In this document: in pieces, positions 17,952 through 27,325 of the stretch
Numbering within the stretch: position 1 is the first letter of the stretch
Layout of the letters: the number at the start of each line of letters is the position of its first letter
DNA from: Steroidobacteraceae bacterium
GTDB taxonomy: Bacteria > Pseudomonadota > Gammaproteobacteria > Steroidobacterales > Steroidobacteraceae
Direction: 5' to 3'
Assembly: GCA_965279735.1 (NCBI GenBank)
Contig: OZ257260.1
Span: 2,161,279-2,225,278 of the forward strand
DNA length: 64,000 nt
The notes under the pieces: generated by a model
The model's input: the letters and a program-made list of their open reading frames with translations, nothing else
Databases searched by the model: none
Told to the model about the DNA's origin: nothing
Program-made: the position numbers and the translations under genes

Positions 17952-19001
17952 TCAGGGGAAGCCTGCCCGGTCCATGAGGCGGACGGCATCCGCCTGTAGT
18001 TCGCCTGCCTTGTTCACGTTGATGGGGTTCTGCTTGAAGGTACCCCAGGCCGCAACCAACGGGTTCGGCGGGACGGAGGGGGTCACTGCGTATTCAAGGT
18101 TCAATGCAGCGAAGAGGCCCTGGGCTTCGGTACCCGACAGCCATTCGAGGAATTTGCGGGCGTCAGCCGCATGCCGCGCGTGAGCAGTCACTCCGGCGCC
18201 CGAGACATTCACGTGCACGCCGCTCCCCGCCTGGTCAGCCCAGAACAGCTTGATCGGCAGCGCCGGGTCGTCGCGCAGCATGCGTCCGTAGTAGTAGGTG
18301 TTAACGAGACCGACGTCGCACTGCCCCGCCGCAATCGCCTCCAGCAACTTGAGGTCGCTCGAAAAGACGTTGGTGGCGAGATTGGCCACCCAGCCTCGCA
18401 CGATTTCTTCCGTGGCCGGCTCACCCCGCTCCGCGATCAGCATGGCCACCAGCGACTGGTTGTAGATCTGCTTCGAGGTCCTGAGACACAGCTTGCCCTT
18501 CCATTTCGGATCCGCGAGGTCGGCATAGGTACTCAAGGTCGCGGGATCGACGCGTGTCGTGCTGTACGCAATCGTCCGGGCACGCAATGAAAAACCAAAC
18601 CAGCGATTGCCCGGATCACGCAGGTTCGCAGGGATGTTCGCGGTCAGCACCGGCGAGTCGATGGGCTGCAGCAAGCCGCGCTCGGCGGCATACCAGAGTT
18701 CCCCCGCATCCACCGTCAGCAGGATATCCGCCGGGGAATTCTTCCCTTCGGCATTCAGGCGCTCAAGCAAGGGACCGGCATCGTCGGTCACGAATACGAT
18801 TTTGGTCCCCGTTTCCGCGGTGTACCGATCGAAAAGCGGCTTGATCAGCGACTCCACGCGCGCGGAATACACCACCAGCTCGCCAGAAGAGGGAGCACAG
18901 GAAGCCGCCAAGAAGGCTGTCAGCAGACACCCGAAACAGCGCAGGATCAGGGATTTATTTATGCTATTCAATGACATGTGAATAATTCTCGAGACCGGCA
19001 T
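17952..19001 (-). CDS. Fe(3+) ABC transporter substrate-binding lipoprotein (FbpA-like)
   Basis: A lipobox is present (LTAFLAASC). It has a family 1 solute-binding fold and sits upstream of the permease and ATPase on the same strand. The start may instead be the internal ATG at 18977. Confidence 0.8.
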   Translation of the reverse strand: MPVSRIIHMSLNSINKSLILRCFGCLLTAFLAASCAPSSGELVVYSARVESLIKPLFDRYTAETGTKIVFVTDDAGPLLERLNAEGKNSPADILLTVDAGELWYAAERGLLQPIDSPVLTANIPANLRDPGNRWFGFSLRARTIAYSTTRVDPATLSTYADLADPKWKGKLCLRTSKQIYNQSLVAMLIAERGEPATEEIVRGWVANLATNVFSSDLKLLEAIAAGQCDVGLVNTYYYGRMLRDDPALPIKLFWADQAGSGVHVNVSGAGVTAHARHAADARKFLEWLSGTEAQGLFAALNLEYAVTPSVPPNPLVAAWGTFKQNPINVNKAGELQADAVRLMDRAGFP

Positions 19002-19094
19002 CCGGCCTCAACAAATGCGAATGACTCTCATCGAGCATAGCAGGCGAACAGCAGGCCGAACACCATCCGCTGACTTTTTAATGCTGGAGCTCGC

Positions 19095-20192
19095 TCAACC
19101 AGGCTCGGCTTCGACCCGATTCCGCCCATTCTGTTTCGCGCGGTACAGCGCCACATCCGCAGCACCGAACAGCCGCTCGGCCACGGCCTTGAGGTCGGTT
19201 TCGTCGCGCGCCAGACTGGCAGCCGCCATCCCGATTGATACGGTCAAGGTTCGCTCAACACCTGCCGTCACTTCGAGAGGCGTGCCGTTCACCGCGGCAC
19301 GGATGCGCTCAGCGAGAATCTTCGCCTGCTCAAGGCTCGCATTCGGCAGCAACACCACGAACTCATCGCCCCCATACCGCGCCGCCGCGTCGCTCGAACG
19401 CACCTGCGAATCGACACGCTGGGCAACTTCCCTAAGCGCGACGTCGCCTGCCAGATGCCCGAACTGGTCGTTGATCTCCTTGAACCGATCGAGATCGATG
19501 AGCAGGCAGACGAGGCTCGTTCCCTGCCGCCGCGCCTTGGCGAGTTCTTCCATCAGACGCGCCTGCAGATAGCGGCGGTTATGCCAACCCGTCAGGAAAT
19601 CGGTGAGCCCGCTGCGGACCAGGCGCGAGCGATTGATCGCGTTCTCGATGGCGAATGAAACCATCACGCCGAGATGGGCAAAGAAATCCGTCGCAAGATG
19701 GCGGGTAAACCGTTTCTCATCGCGGCTGCCGAACACGATGCAGCCATGCAGCTTGTCCTGGCGACGCAGCGGAATCAGCGCGACACTGCGGATGTCCGCC
19801 GCGTTTCGCAACAGCAACTGGTGATCAGGGCCCATGTAGGGACCGAGCCAGGGTTTGTGCAGGGCGTGGAACTGCGGCGCCATGCCTACGACGCTGTCCG
19901 TGAAAACCACTTCGGGAAACTGCTCGAGGCTCACCTGGTCGCCGAGCAGGAGATGACGGATTTCATGCTGTGGATCGGCCAACACCAGCGCGACAGCATC
20001 CAGACCGTATGATTCGCGGAGACGCCTGGCAATGACTTCGAACAGCTGCGGCAGTGTTTCCGCACGCAGGATCTCGAATTCGCGCTCCTGGTTTCTCTTC
20101 AGCAGACGTTCGTTGTGGCCCGCCTCTTCGATCAAGGCAGCGATTCGCGCACGCAGCTCCCGGTTCTCGCCTTCCGGATCGCGTGCGGACAT
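19095..20192 (-). CDS. cytoplasmic sensor-domain (GAF/DUF484-like) diguanylate cyclase
   Basis: 365 aa. The GGDEF domain carries RYGGDEFVVLLP and an RxxD-like I-site region. There are no TM segments. Confidence 0.85.
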   Translation of the reverse strand: MSARDPEGENRELRARIAALIEEAGHNERLLKRNQEREFEILRAETLPQLFEVIARRLRESYGLDAVALVLADPQHEIRHLLLGDQVSLEQFPEVVFTDSVVGMAPQFHALHKPWLGPYMGPDHQLLLRNAADIRSVALIPLRRQDKLHGCIVFGSRDEKRFTRHLATDFFAHLGVMVSFAIENAINRSRLVRSGLTDFLTGWHNRRYLQARLMEELAKARRQGTSLVCLLIDLDRFKEINDQFGHLAGDVALREVAQRVDSQVRSSDAAARYGGDEFVVLLPNASLEQAKILAERIRAAVNGTPLEVTAGVERTLTVSIGMAAASLARDETDLKAVAERLFGAADVALYRAKQNGRNRVEAEPG

Positions 20193-21290
20193 CTACCTTT
20201 CCTTCGGCCTTTCCGCCAGATAGTCACGGCCGCGCTGCATGAGGGTCTTGAAACCTTCAGCATCCTTGCCGTTCACCGCCTGCCAGACACGCTCTACTGC
20301 ATTGCGCAGCGCTTCGAGGGATTCCGTGCCGTAGTCGTTGAGGCTCTGGATCTCGAAGTAGAGCTCGGGACTTTCGAGCGCAACCTTGCTCGCCACGTCG
20401 ATCTGCGCATCGAATGTAGTGCTGGACAGGCGTGCGAGTCGCGGCGCCGCTTCACCGCTGTCGGCCAGCGCCGTGAAGAAAACGATATTCAGCGCGTGCG
20501 ACAACCCCAGCACGTAGGCAATCAGGCGATCGTGCTCATCGAGGCTCATCACCACCCGTTCCGCCATCGTCGAAGCAAACAGCCCCTGCGCCGTCGCAAG
20601 CGCTTCGGGCGATCCGGCATCGACAAAAATCACATGCCGGCCTGACAGAAGCTCGGTATCCGGACCGAACATGGGATGCACCGAGGTAACACGGCAGCCT
20701 GCTTCGCGCAGGGCATTGATTCCCGCACGCAGCGGCGTCTTCAGTGAACCTATGTCGAAGATGGTCCCGGCCGGTTTGCGAACAGCCAGCTCCTTGAGCA
20801 CGGTGTCGGCAATCTTGAGTGGCGTGGCCACGACGATCAGGTCGTAGTCGAGCGGCACCGCTCTCCAGTCCGGTACGGATTCCGCGCCCGGCGGAATGCC
20901 GGCAGGATCCGCGACTGCTACGCGGTACCCTTGCGAACCCAGGAAGTCGACAAACCACCGGCCCATCTTGCCGAAGCCGCCGATCACCAGCGCCGACCGG
21001 CCTCCGCCCTGCCCGTGCGCCACCACCTGCGCATGTTCCTGCGTTGTCAAAGAGCTGCGGATGAGCATGCGCATCAGCGACTCGGCGAACTCCGGCGAAA
21101 CGCCGAGTGCAGCGGCTTCGTTCCGGGCATGCAGCAGGACATCGCGCTCACGACTGAAATCACGGGTTGCAAGGCCGGTTGCGCGCTTGACCTTCGCAAC
21201 CTCGCTGCCCAGCGCCTGTCTTTCGGCCACCAGTTCCAGCAATTCCCTGTCGATCGCGGTAATCCGCTTCCTGAGTTCTTCGAGAGTCAT
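20193..21290 (-). CDS. tyrA: bifunctional chorismate mutase / prephenate dehydrogenase
   Basis: From the ATG at 21290 it reads [27 protein letters not shown], a chorismate mutase type II helix. A Rossmann GxGxxG follows ([13 protein letters not shown]), then the prephenate dehydrogenase core. Confidence 0.85.
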   Translation of the reverse strand: MTLEELRKRITAIDRELLELVAERQALGSEVAKVKRATGLATRDFSRERDVLLHARNEAAALGVSPEFAESLMRMLIRSSLTTQEHAQVVAHGQGGGRSALVIGGFGKMGRWFVDFLGSQGYRVAVADPAGIPPGAESVPDWRAVPLDYDLIVVATPLKIADTVLKELAVRKPAGTIFDIGSLKTPLRAGINALREAGCRVTSVHPMFGPDTELLSGRHVIFVDAGSPEALATAQGLFASTMAERVVMSLDEHDRLIAYVLGLSHALNIVFFTALADSGEAAPRLARLSSTTFDAQIDVASKVALESPELYFEIQSLNDYGTESLEALRNAVERVWQAVNGKDAEGFKTLMQRGRDYLAERPKER

Positions 21291-21379
21291 GCGCGCCTGA
21301 ATTTCCGGTTGGATCCTGCTGTGGGCACTCCTTTTACAGAGTGCGCTTTGGTCAGGCAAGAGCCAAGCGCGGCGCGGAA

Positions 21380-21412
21380 GCGGCGCTCCGCCGCAGACTT
21401 GCGGAGCGCCGC
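21380..21412 (-). terminator. perfect 12-bp stem hairpin (GCGGCGCTCCGC-9 nt-GCGGAGCGCCGC) between the R/D-rich gene and tyrA
   Basis: Read directly from the sequence. It is GC-rich with no clear U-tract, so terminator or attenuator function is uncertain. Confidence 0.4.
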
Positions 21413-21429
21413 CAGGCCGAAGAAACCGG

Positions 21430-21837
21430 CTAGAACAGGGGCAACGTGACGATCAGCGTCGCATCGAGCCCGCCGCCACGGCGCACCTCGTACGCGTCCC
21501 GCGGATAACCGTACGAATAGTAGTCGCGCGAGGCAACGTGGTAGTGCACATCGCGATAGTGACGACGGTCATCGCAATAGCGACCGTTCACCACATAACG
21601 CGGGGCGTAACGGGGTGCGTAGCGAACATACCGGCGGTCGTCGCGACTCGAGTAGCGGCGGTCATACCGGTCGTCGCGCCGCTCGTGCCGGACATCGTGC
21701 CTGTCATCACGCCTGTCGCTGTGCCGATGTTCATGGCGGTCATTACGGTTGTCACGATCGCGGTGTCCGTCCGCGAAGGCGGGCGTGGCGATCGTCACGA
21801 GTGCAAGCACAGCGGCCACCAACATCGGTTTCTTCAT
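21430..21837 (-). CDS. small secreted Arg/Asp/His/Tyr-rich low-complexity protein, unknown function
   Basis: 135 aa. The signal peptide [22 protein letters not shown] is followed by [59 protein letters not shown]. The C-terminus is hydrophobic (LIVTLPLF). Confidence 0.6.
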   Translation of the reverse strand: MKKPMLVAAVLALVTIATPAFADGHRDRDNRNDRHEHRHSDRRDDRHDVRHERRDDRYDRRYSSRDDRRYVRYAPRYAPRYVVNGRYCDDRRHYRDVHYHVASRDYYSYGYPRDAYEVRRGGGLDATLIVTLPLF

Positions 21838-22022
21838 GATCTTCTCCTTGAGATTCCATTGCGGCCCTACATTGAGGCCCGGCTACTGAACGTCTACTGA
21901 ATCGACGGGCGCGCAGGGAAACTGCCATCCGGAACGGCTTCGGCGCATAATTCAGGCGCCGTTCAGAAGCCGCCTCACGCACGTATCAAGCCCGCAGAAT
22001 TCGCAATCACGATCGAGCCCCA

Positions 22023-22688
22023 ATGTCTTCCTCAGAATTTCTTCCCGAACCCCTGCCGCAGGATCCATTTGTCCTGTTTGCAGAATGGTTCGGCACTGCC
22101 CGTGCGCAACGTGTGCAGCCGAATCCGGATGCTATGGTGCTGGCCACTACCGGCAAGGGCGGCAATCCCTCGGCTCGCGTCGTGCTCTGCAAGCACCTGG
22201 TAGCGACGCCGGGTTACGTGGTGTTCTTCACGAACTACCAGTCACGCAAGGGACAGGAACTCGAGTCAACGCCTCGCGCAGCAGCCGTCTTTCACTGGGA
22301 CACCCTGTCGAGACAGGTTCGCCTGGAAGGGCCGATCGTGCGCTCGCCTGCAGACGAGAGCGATGCGTACTTTGCGAGCCGGGCGCTTGCCAGCCGGGTC
22401 GGCGCGTGGGCGAGTGAACAAAGCCGGCCGTTGTCTTCCCGCGCAGCCCTTGCAGCACAGGTTGCTGCGACAGAAACCCGTTTCCACGTGCAACCAGGCG
22501 CAACGAACGGTGCTGTGCCACGCCCCCCGCATTGGGGAGGTTTTCGCCTATGGCCCGATACTCTTGAACTATGGGTGGAAGGTCCCGGCCGCACTCACGA
22601 TCGCGCGCGGTGGACGCGAACACTGGCACAGGCAGACGCGACGAGCTTCACTCCGGGCCTTTGGCAAGGCACTCGCCTGAACCCTTGA
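22023..22688 (+). CDS. pdxH: pyridoxamine 5'-phosphate oxidase
   Basis: 221 aa. The internal segment is RVVLCKHLVATPGYVVFFTNYQSRKGQEL and the C-terminus is WGGFRLWPDTLELW...RLNP, both typical of PdxH. Confidence 0.9.
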   Translation: MSSSEFLPEPLPQDPFVLFAEWFGTARAQRVQPNPDAMVLATTGKGGNPSARVVLCKHLVATPGYVVFFTNYQSRKGQELESTPRAAAVFHWDTLSRQVRLEGPIVRSPADESDAYFASRALASRVGAWASEQSRPLSSRAALAAQVAATETRFHVQPGATNGAVPRPPHWGGFRLWPDTLELWVEGPGRTHDRARWTRTLAQADATSFTPGLWQGTRLNP

Positions 22689-22702
22689 GCAGGACATCCT
22701 CA

Positions 22703-22888
22703 ATGATTGAAACCACTGCCGAAGTCACCTGCCCCAACTGCGGCGAGAGCATCATGCTGTTCATCGACCTGTCGGTCGAGGCGCAGAGTTACATCGAGGA
22801 CTGTGCGGTGTGCTGTCGTCCGATGACGGTCAGCTACACCGCCGACGAAACAGGTCTCGCGGATCTCAGCGTCGAAGCAACGGACTGA
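22703..22888 (+). CDS. CPXCG-motif cysteine-rich small protein (zinc-ribbon like)
   Basis: From the ATG at 22703 it reads MIETTAEVTCPNCGESIMLFIDLSVEAQSYIEDCAVCCRPMTVSY, with CPNCG and CAVCC cysteine pairs. Confidence 0.7.
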   Translation: MIETTAEVTCPNCGESIMLFIDLSVEAQSYIEDCAVCCRPMTVSYTADETGLADLSVEATD

Positions 22889-22894
22889 AATTCA

Positions 22895-23668
22895 TTGTTC
22901 CGCCGCCTGCGTATCGTCTTCCTGCTTGCCGTTCTCGTCTTCGTGGCCCTGGGTACGTGGCTCGATCGCGTGCAGAGCACCGATTGGGATGGCCCGCTTC
23001 TCGTCGCGCTGTATCCCGTCAATGCCGATGGAAGCGAAGCTGCGGCCGGGGAACTGCGCACCCCAGCAACGGCCAGCACGGCGTCGCTCGAAAACTTCTT
23101 CAATCGCGAAGCGAAGGAATATCGCGTGGCCGTTGAGCGTCCGCTGCGCTTCGTGCTGGCGCCTGCCCTGACGGAAGCGCCTCCTGCGCTGCCGCCCGAT
23201 GCGGGCACTTTTGGCGTCATGCTGTGGAGCCTGAAGCTGCGCTCGTGGAACTTCGGTGTTGACGATCCACCGGGACCTACTCCCACCATCCGCTTGTTCC
23301 TGCTCTATCACGATCCGGCCTTGAGTCCGAGCGTCCCGCACTCCGCAGGGCTGCAAAAAGGAATGCTCGGCATCGCACACCTTTTTGCCGCCAACCATAT
23401 GGCGGGCTCGAACCAGGTCGTGATCGCACATGAACTGCTGCATACCCTGGGCGCCACGGATAAATACGATTTCGTGGACAATCAACCGCTGTACCCGTCC
23501 GGCTTCGCGGAGCCCGAGCGCATGCCACGTTATCCCCAGGAATTTGCAGAGCTGATGGCGGGCCGCATTCCGGACTCATCGAACGCCTCGCATACACCGG
23601 AATCGCTGAACCAGGTCCTGATCGGACCCGACACCGCAACGGAAATTGGCTGGCGGGCGACACCTTGA
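22895..23668 (+). CDS. membrane-anchored hypothetical protein with HExxH zinc-metallopeptidase-like motif
   Basis: 257 aa. The N-terminal TM is IVFLLAVLVFVALGTW and the motif is VIAHELLHTLGATDKYD. Its stop overlaps the TTG start of the downstream ABC ATPase (TTGA). Confidence 0.55.
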   Translation: MFRRLRIVFLLAVLVFVALGTWLDRVQSTDWDGPLLVALYPVNADGSEAAAGELRTPATASTASLENFFNREAKEYRVAVERPLRFVLAPALTEAPPALPPDAGTFGVMLWSLKLRSWNFGVDDPPGPTPTIRLFLLYHDPALSPSVPHSAGLQKGMLGIAHLFAANHMAGSNQVVIAHELLHTLGATDKYDFVDNQPLYPSGFAEPERMPRYPQEFAELMAGRIPDSSNASHTPESLNQVLIGPDTATEIGWRATP

Positions 23669-24456
23669 ACAGTCATCCCGAGCAGGCTGCAGCGCCCCTG
23701 CTGCAATGTTCCGGATTGACCGTGAGTGTGGCCGGACGCGAACTCGTACGCGATCTTTCATTCACGGCTGCGGCCGGCACCGTCACCTGCGTGCTGGGAC
23801 GCAACGGCACGGGGAAAACCCTGACACTGCATACGCTGGCGAGATTGCGTGCAGCACAGGGCGGTACCGTCCTGCTGCGGGGCCGTCAGCTCGATACCTG
23901 GTCCCGCAGCGAATTTGCTCGGCAAGTCGCCCTGCTGACCCAGGATAACGAAGACCCCTTTCCTGCGAGCGTCCTGGAAACGGCCTTGATCGGGCGGCAT
24001 CCCCATATCGGTTTCTGGGAGTGGGAAAGCGAGCGGGATCGGGAAATCGTGCGGAACGCGCTCGACGCCGTGGAACTTCGCGAATTCTCGACGCGGGCGG
24101 TCGCTACTCTTTCCGGTGGTGAGCGACGCCGGGTCGCCATTGCGGCCCTGCTTGCACAGGACCCTGCGGTGCTGCTGCTCGATGAGCCCACCAATCACCT
24201 GGACCCGCATCACCAGACCGGCGTACTGCGCCTCCTGCAGGCTCTCGCTGCCGACGATCGCGCCATCATCATGAGCCTGCATGACGCGGGGCAGGCAGCG
24301 CGATTCGCTGATCACGTGCTGCTCCTCTTCGGCGATGGCGACTGGTTGCACGGAACAACCAGCGCAGTCCTGACCCCTGAAAATGTCGCGCGCCTGTACC
24401 AGACGGAAGTCCGCGAACTCACCTGGCCCGGTGGCCGCACCTTCGTGACTTTATAA
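23665..24456 (+). CDS. ABC transporter ATP-binding protein (FecE/FepC/BtuD-like)
   Basis: Walker A is GRNGTGKTLTL, the signature is LSGGERRRVAIAALL and Walker B is VLLLDEPTNHLD. No permease or binding-protein gene is adjacent. Confidence 0.85.
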   Translation: MNSHPEQAAAPLLQCSGLTVSVAGRELVRDLSFTAAAGTVTCVLGRNGTGKTLTLHTLARLRAAQGGTVLLRGRQLDTWSRSEFARQVALLTQDNEDPFPASVLETALIGRHPHIGFWEWESERDREIVRNALDAVELREFSTRAVATLSGGERRRVAIAALLAQDPAVLLLDEPTNHLDPHHQTGVLRLLQALAADDRAIIMSLHDAGQAARFADHVLLLFGDGDWLHGTTSAVLTPENVARLYQTEVRELTWPGGRTFVTL

Positions 24457-24591
24457 TCTCCTCGATATGAACCAGTCTTAAGGACAGGCCCGCGACCTCC
24501 GTATGGCATAATCCGGCGGATAAATACGGGTTCAACAGATTGTCAGAGTCAAGGCCAAGGACCCGAAAGAGTCCAGCCTGTCGAGGGGTCT

Positions 24592-26304
24592 ATGCAGTTT
24601 CTAAGATTCAGGCGCGAAGCCGACGGCCGGCAGATCGTGGATGTTGCGTTGCGGGGACCGGCCTTGTACGCCGAGCCGCTGCTGAACAAGGGTTCGGCGT
24701 TTACGGCGGAGGAACGGCGCGAGCTGGGTCTTGAAGGACTCTTGCCGGCGACGCGCAAGACGATGGCGCAACAGCTGGACCGCGTCCGGCACATGCTGGA
24801 CGCCCGCACCGACCCGCTCGACAAATATCTCGAACTCGCGGCCCTGCAGGACCGGAACGAACACCTGTTCTTCAAGCTGCTGCGCGAGAATCTCGAGGAA
24901 TTCCTGCCGATCGTCTACACGCCGACCGTCGCCGCAGCCACCCGCCGCTTCAGCAACATCTTCCGGCGCGGACGCGGACTCTTCATCACGCCCGACCATC
25001 GCGGTCGCATCGCAACCGTTCTCAGGCAGGCGGTGAAATTCAGCAACGTGCGCCTGATCGTCGCGACGGACAACGAAGCCATCCTCGGCATTGGCGACCA
25101 GGGCGCCGGCGGCATGGCGATCTCGATCGGCAAGCTGTCGATCTATTCGGCCGCTGCGGGCATTCATCCCGCGCAGACGTTACCCATCAGCCTCGATGTC
25201 GGCACAGACAATCCTCTCCTGCTGAATGACGATGCATATCTCGGGTTGCGCCAACCGCGGCTGCGCGGAACGGCCTATTTCGAACTGCTCGATGAATTCG
25301 TCGATGCAGTGAACGAAGTGTTCCCCGGTGCACTCATCCAGTGGGAAGACTTCCGCAAGGACAACGCACTCGCCGTGCTTTCACGCTATGCGGACCGTAT
25401 CGCTTCGTTCAACGACGACATCCAGGGCACGGGCGCCATCGCTGTCGCGGGCGCCATGTCTGCCGCGAGATTGCTGGGTTCACGCATTTCCGAACAGCGC
25501 ATCGTGGTCTTCGGTGCGGGCGCTGCGGGTCTCGGCATCACTCAGCAGTTGCGCGCTGCGATGGTCGCGGATGGTATTGCTCCGGAAGTTGCACGCCAGC
25601 GCGTGGGCGTCATCGACAGCCGCGGCCTGCTCGTCGACGACAAGCCGCAGAGCGAAGCCTACAAGGAAGAACTCGCGTGGCCCGCACAGACGGCAGCGGA
25701 TTATGGCCTTGGCGATCCCTCGAAGCGCGATCTGGCTACGGTCATCCGCAACTTCAAGCCCACTGTTCTCATCGGCACGTCCGGCATCGGCCAGGCATTT
25801 ACCGAAAGCATCGTGCGGGAGATGGCGCGTCACGTTGCGCGGCCAGTGATCCTGCCGCTTTCGAATCCGACGGAAAACGCCGAAGCCACTCCGCTCGACC
25901 TGCTGACCTGGACGGAAGGCCGCTGCCTCTGCGCGACAGGGAGCCCTTTCGATCCGGTCACGATCGGCACGCGTGTGTTCCATATCTCCCAGGGCAACAA
26001 TGCATTTGTTTTCCCCGGCCTTGGCCTCGGCGTGCTCGTGGGCGAAGTTAAACGCGTTACGCCGGGTGTGCTGGCAGCCGCTGCACGAGCACTGGCGAAC
26101 ATCGCCACGCAGGCAGAACTCGATGCGGGCATGCTGTTTCCGCGCATCTCACGCCTGCCACAAGCTGCGCAGGCAGTGGCGGAAGCCGTCGTCGCTGCTG
26201 CCGGCAATGAAGGCGTGGGACGAATGATTCCAGCCGCCGATATTCCGGAGCAGGTCGCGCGGGCCACCTGGACTCCCGAGTACCCGGAACTCGTCGCCGT
26301 CTGA
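24592..26304 (+). CDS. maeA: NAD-dependent malic enzyme
   Basis: 570 aa. Family-typical segments are LYAEPLLNKGSAFTAEERRELGLEGLLP, VYTPTV, FNDDIQGTGAIAVAG and GAGAAGLGI. Confidence 0.9.
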   Translation: MQFLRFRREADGRQIVDVALRGPALYAEPLLNKGSAFTAEERRELGLEGLLPATRKTMAQQLDRVRHMLDARTDPLDKYLELAALQDRNEHLFFKLLRENLEEFLPIVYTPTVAAATRRFSNIFRRGRGLFITPDHRGRIATVLRQAVKFSNVRLIVATDNEAILGIGDQGAGGMAISIGKLSIYSAAAGIHPAQTLPISLDVGTDNPLLLNDDAYLGLRQPRLRGTAYFELLDEFVDAVNEVFPGALIQWEDFRKDNALAVLSRYADRIASFNDDIQGTGAIAVAGAMSAARLLGSRISEQRIVVFGAGAAGLGITQQLRAAMVADGIAPEVARQRVGVIDSRGLLVDDKPQSEAYKEELAWPAQTAADYGLGDPSKRDLATVIRNFKPTVLIGTSGIGQAFTESIVREMARHVARPVILPLSNPTENAEATPLDLLTWTEGRCLCATGSPFDPVTIGTRVFHISQGNNAFVFPGLGLGVLVGEVKRVTPGVLAAAARALANIATQAELDAGMLFPRISRLPQAAQAVAEAVVAAAGNEGVGRMIPAADIPEQVARATWTPEYPELVAV

Positions 26305-26325
26305 TCTGCGGGTTCCGGAGGGCGC

Positions 26326-26823
26326 GTGCGAGACTGGATCCGCGACATGCTCGCCCCCTTGACGGAACTCCTGCGCGAATACGCCTGGAGCATGCCGCTC
26401 GGCCAGGGCATTCACCTGCTCGGCATTTCCTTGCTGCTGGGTGCTGCAGTCCTTCTTTACCCACGGCTGATCGGCAGCACACGCGATGAGACCGCAGCGG
26501 CGCTCGCCGCACGCCTGCTTCCCTGGATGTGGAGAGCATTCGCGGTCATCGCAGTGACCGGCTTTGTCCTGTTCACTGCCGAGCCGGTGCGACTCATGCG
26601 CAGCCCGGTTTTCAGGACAAAGATGATCATGCTGGTCATCGCGATCGTCCTCACGCTGTTCCTGCAGCGGCGCCTGCGCAGAGAACCCGTGCCTCCTGTT
26701 GTCACCGTCAATGCCGCAGTCGGCTGGATCGCCGGTCTTTCATTGACGCTGTGGATCGCCATCGCCGCCAGCGGCCGGCTCATCGGCTACGGGCAACGCC
26801 TGCTGCGTTATTTTTTCGGCTAA
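26326..26823 (+). CDS. polytopic membrane protein, unknown function (paralog of the next gene)
   Basis: 165 aa with ~4 TM segments. It shares the LPW.W.AF....TGF.LF pattern with ORF 26837..27325. Confidence 0.5.
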   Translation: MRDWIRDMLAPLTELLREYAWSMPLGQGIHLLGISLLLGAAVLLYPRLIGSTRDETAAALAARLLPWMWRAFAVIAVTGFVLFTAEPVRLMRSPVFRTKMIMLVIAIVLTLFLQRRLRREPVPPVVTVNAAVGWIAGLSLTLWIAIAASGRLIGYGQRLLRYFFG

Positions 26824-26836
26824 GGCACCTGACCTC

Positions 26837-27325
26837 ATGCCGCTCGAAAATCTCTGGTACTGGCTTGAAGGGTTCGGCTTCGCGGTGGCGATTCGTGAAT
26901 CGATGTGGATCTTTCCCCTCATCGAGACGCTGCATGTCGTGACCCTCGTCATCACCGTAGGCACCATCGCCTATCTTGATTTCCGCCTTCTCGGCGTGGC
27001 CTTCCGACAACGCTCAGTGACGGCAACGGCTGCTGAAGTATTGCCATGGACGTGGGGGGCCTTCATCGCCACTGTCGTGTCCGGCTTTCTGCTGTTCGCA
27101 TCCGCTGCCTCGTACTACGTGATCATCCCGGCCTTCCGCTACAAGCTGCTGTTCCTGCTGCTAGCGGGGATCAACATGCTGGTCCTGCATTTCGGTGCGT
27201 GGCGCCAGGTCGCCGAGTGGACCGATGACTCGCTGATTCCGCCTGCAGCAAAGGGAGCGGCAGCGTTGTCTCTCCTTTTCTGGAGTTGCGCCGTTGTATT
27301 TGGACGCTGGACCGGCTTCTTCTAG
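26837..27325 (+). CDS. polytopic membrane protein, unknown function (paralog of the previous gene)
   Basis: 162 aa with ~4 TM segments. It has the same LPWTWGAFIATVVSGFLLF pattern. Confidence 0.5.
   Translation: MPLENLWYWLEGFGFAVAIRESMWIFPLIETLHVVTLVITVGTIAYLDFRLLGVAFRQRSVTATAAEVLPWTWGAFIATVVSGFLLFASAASYYVIIPAFRYKLLFLLLAGINMLVLHFGAWRQVAEWTDDSLIPPAAKGAAALSLLFWSCAVVFGRWTGFF

Noticed and set aside
18975-19060. A possible Fur box upstream of the Fe3+ binding-protein gene: GAGAATTATTCAC on the minus strand at ~18978-18990, and a weaker match at ~19012-19030.
   Set aside because: It gives only about 9/12 and 10/19 matches to GATAATGATAATCATTATC by eye. The better one abuts or overlaps the candidate start codons. 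It is not convincing without a PWM scan.
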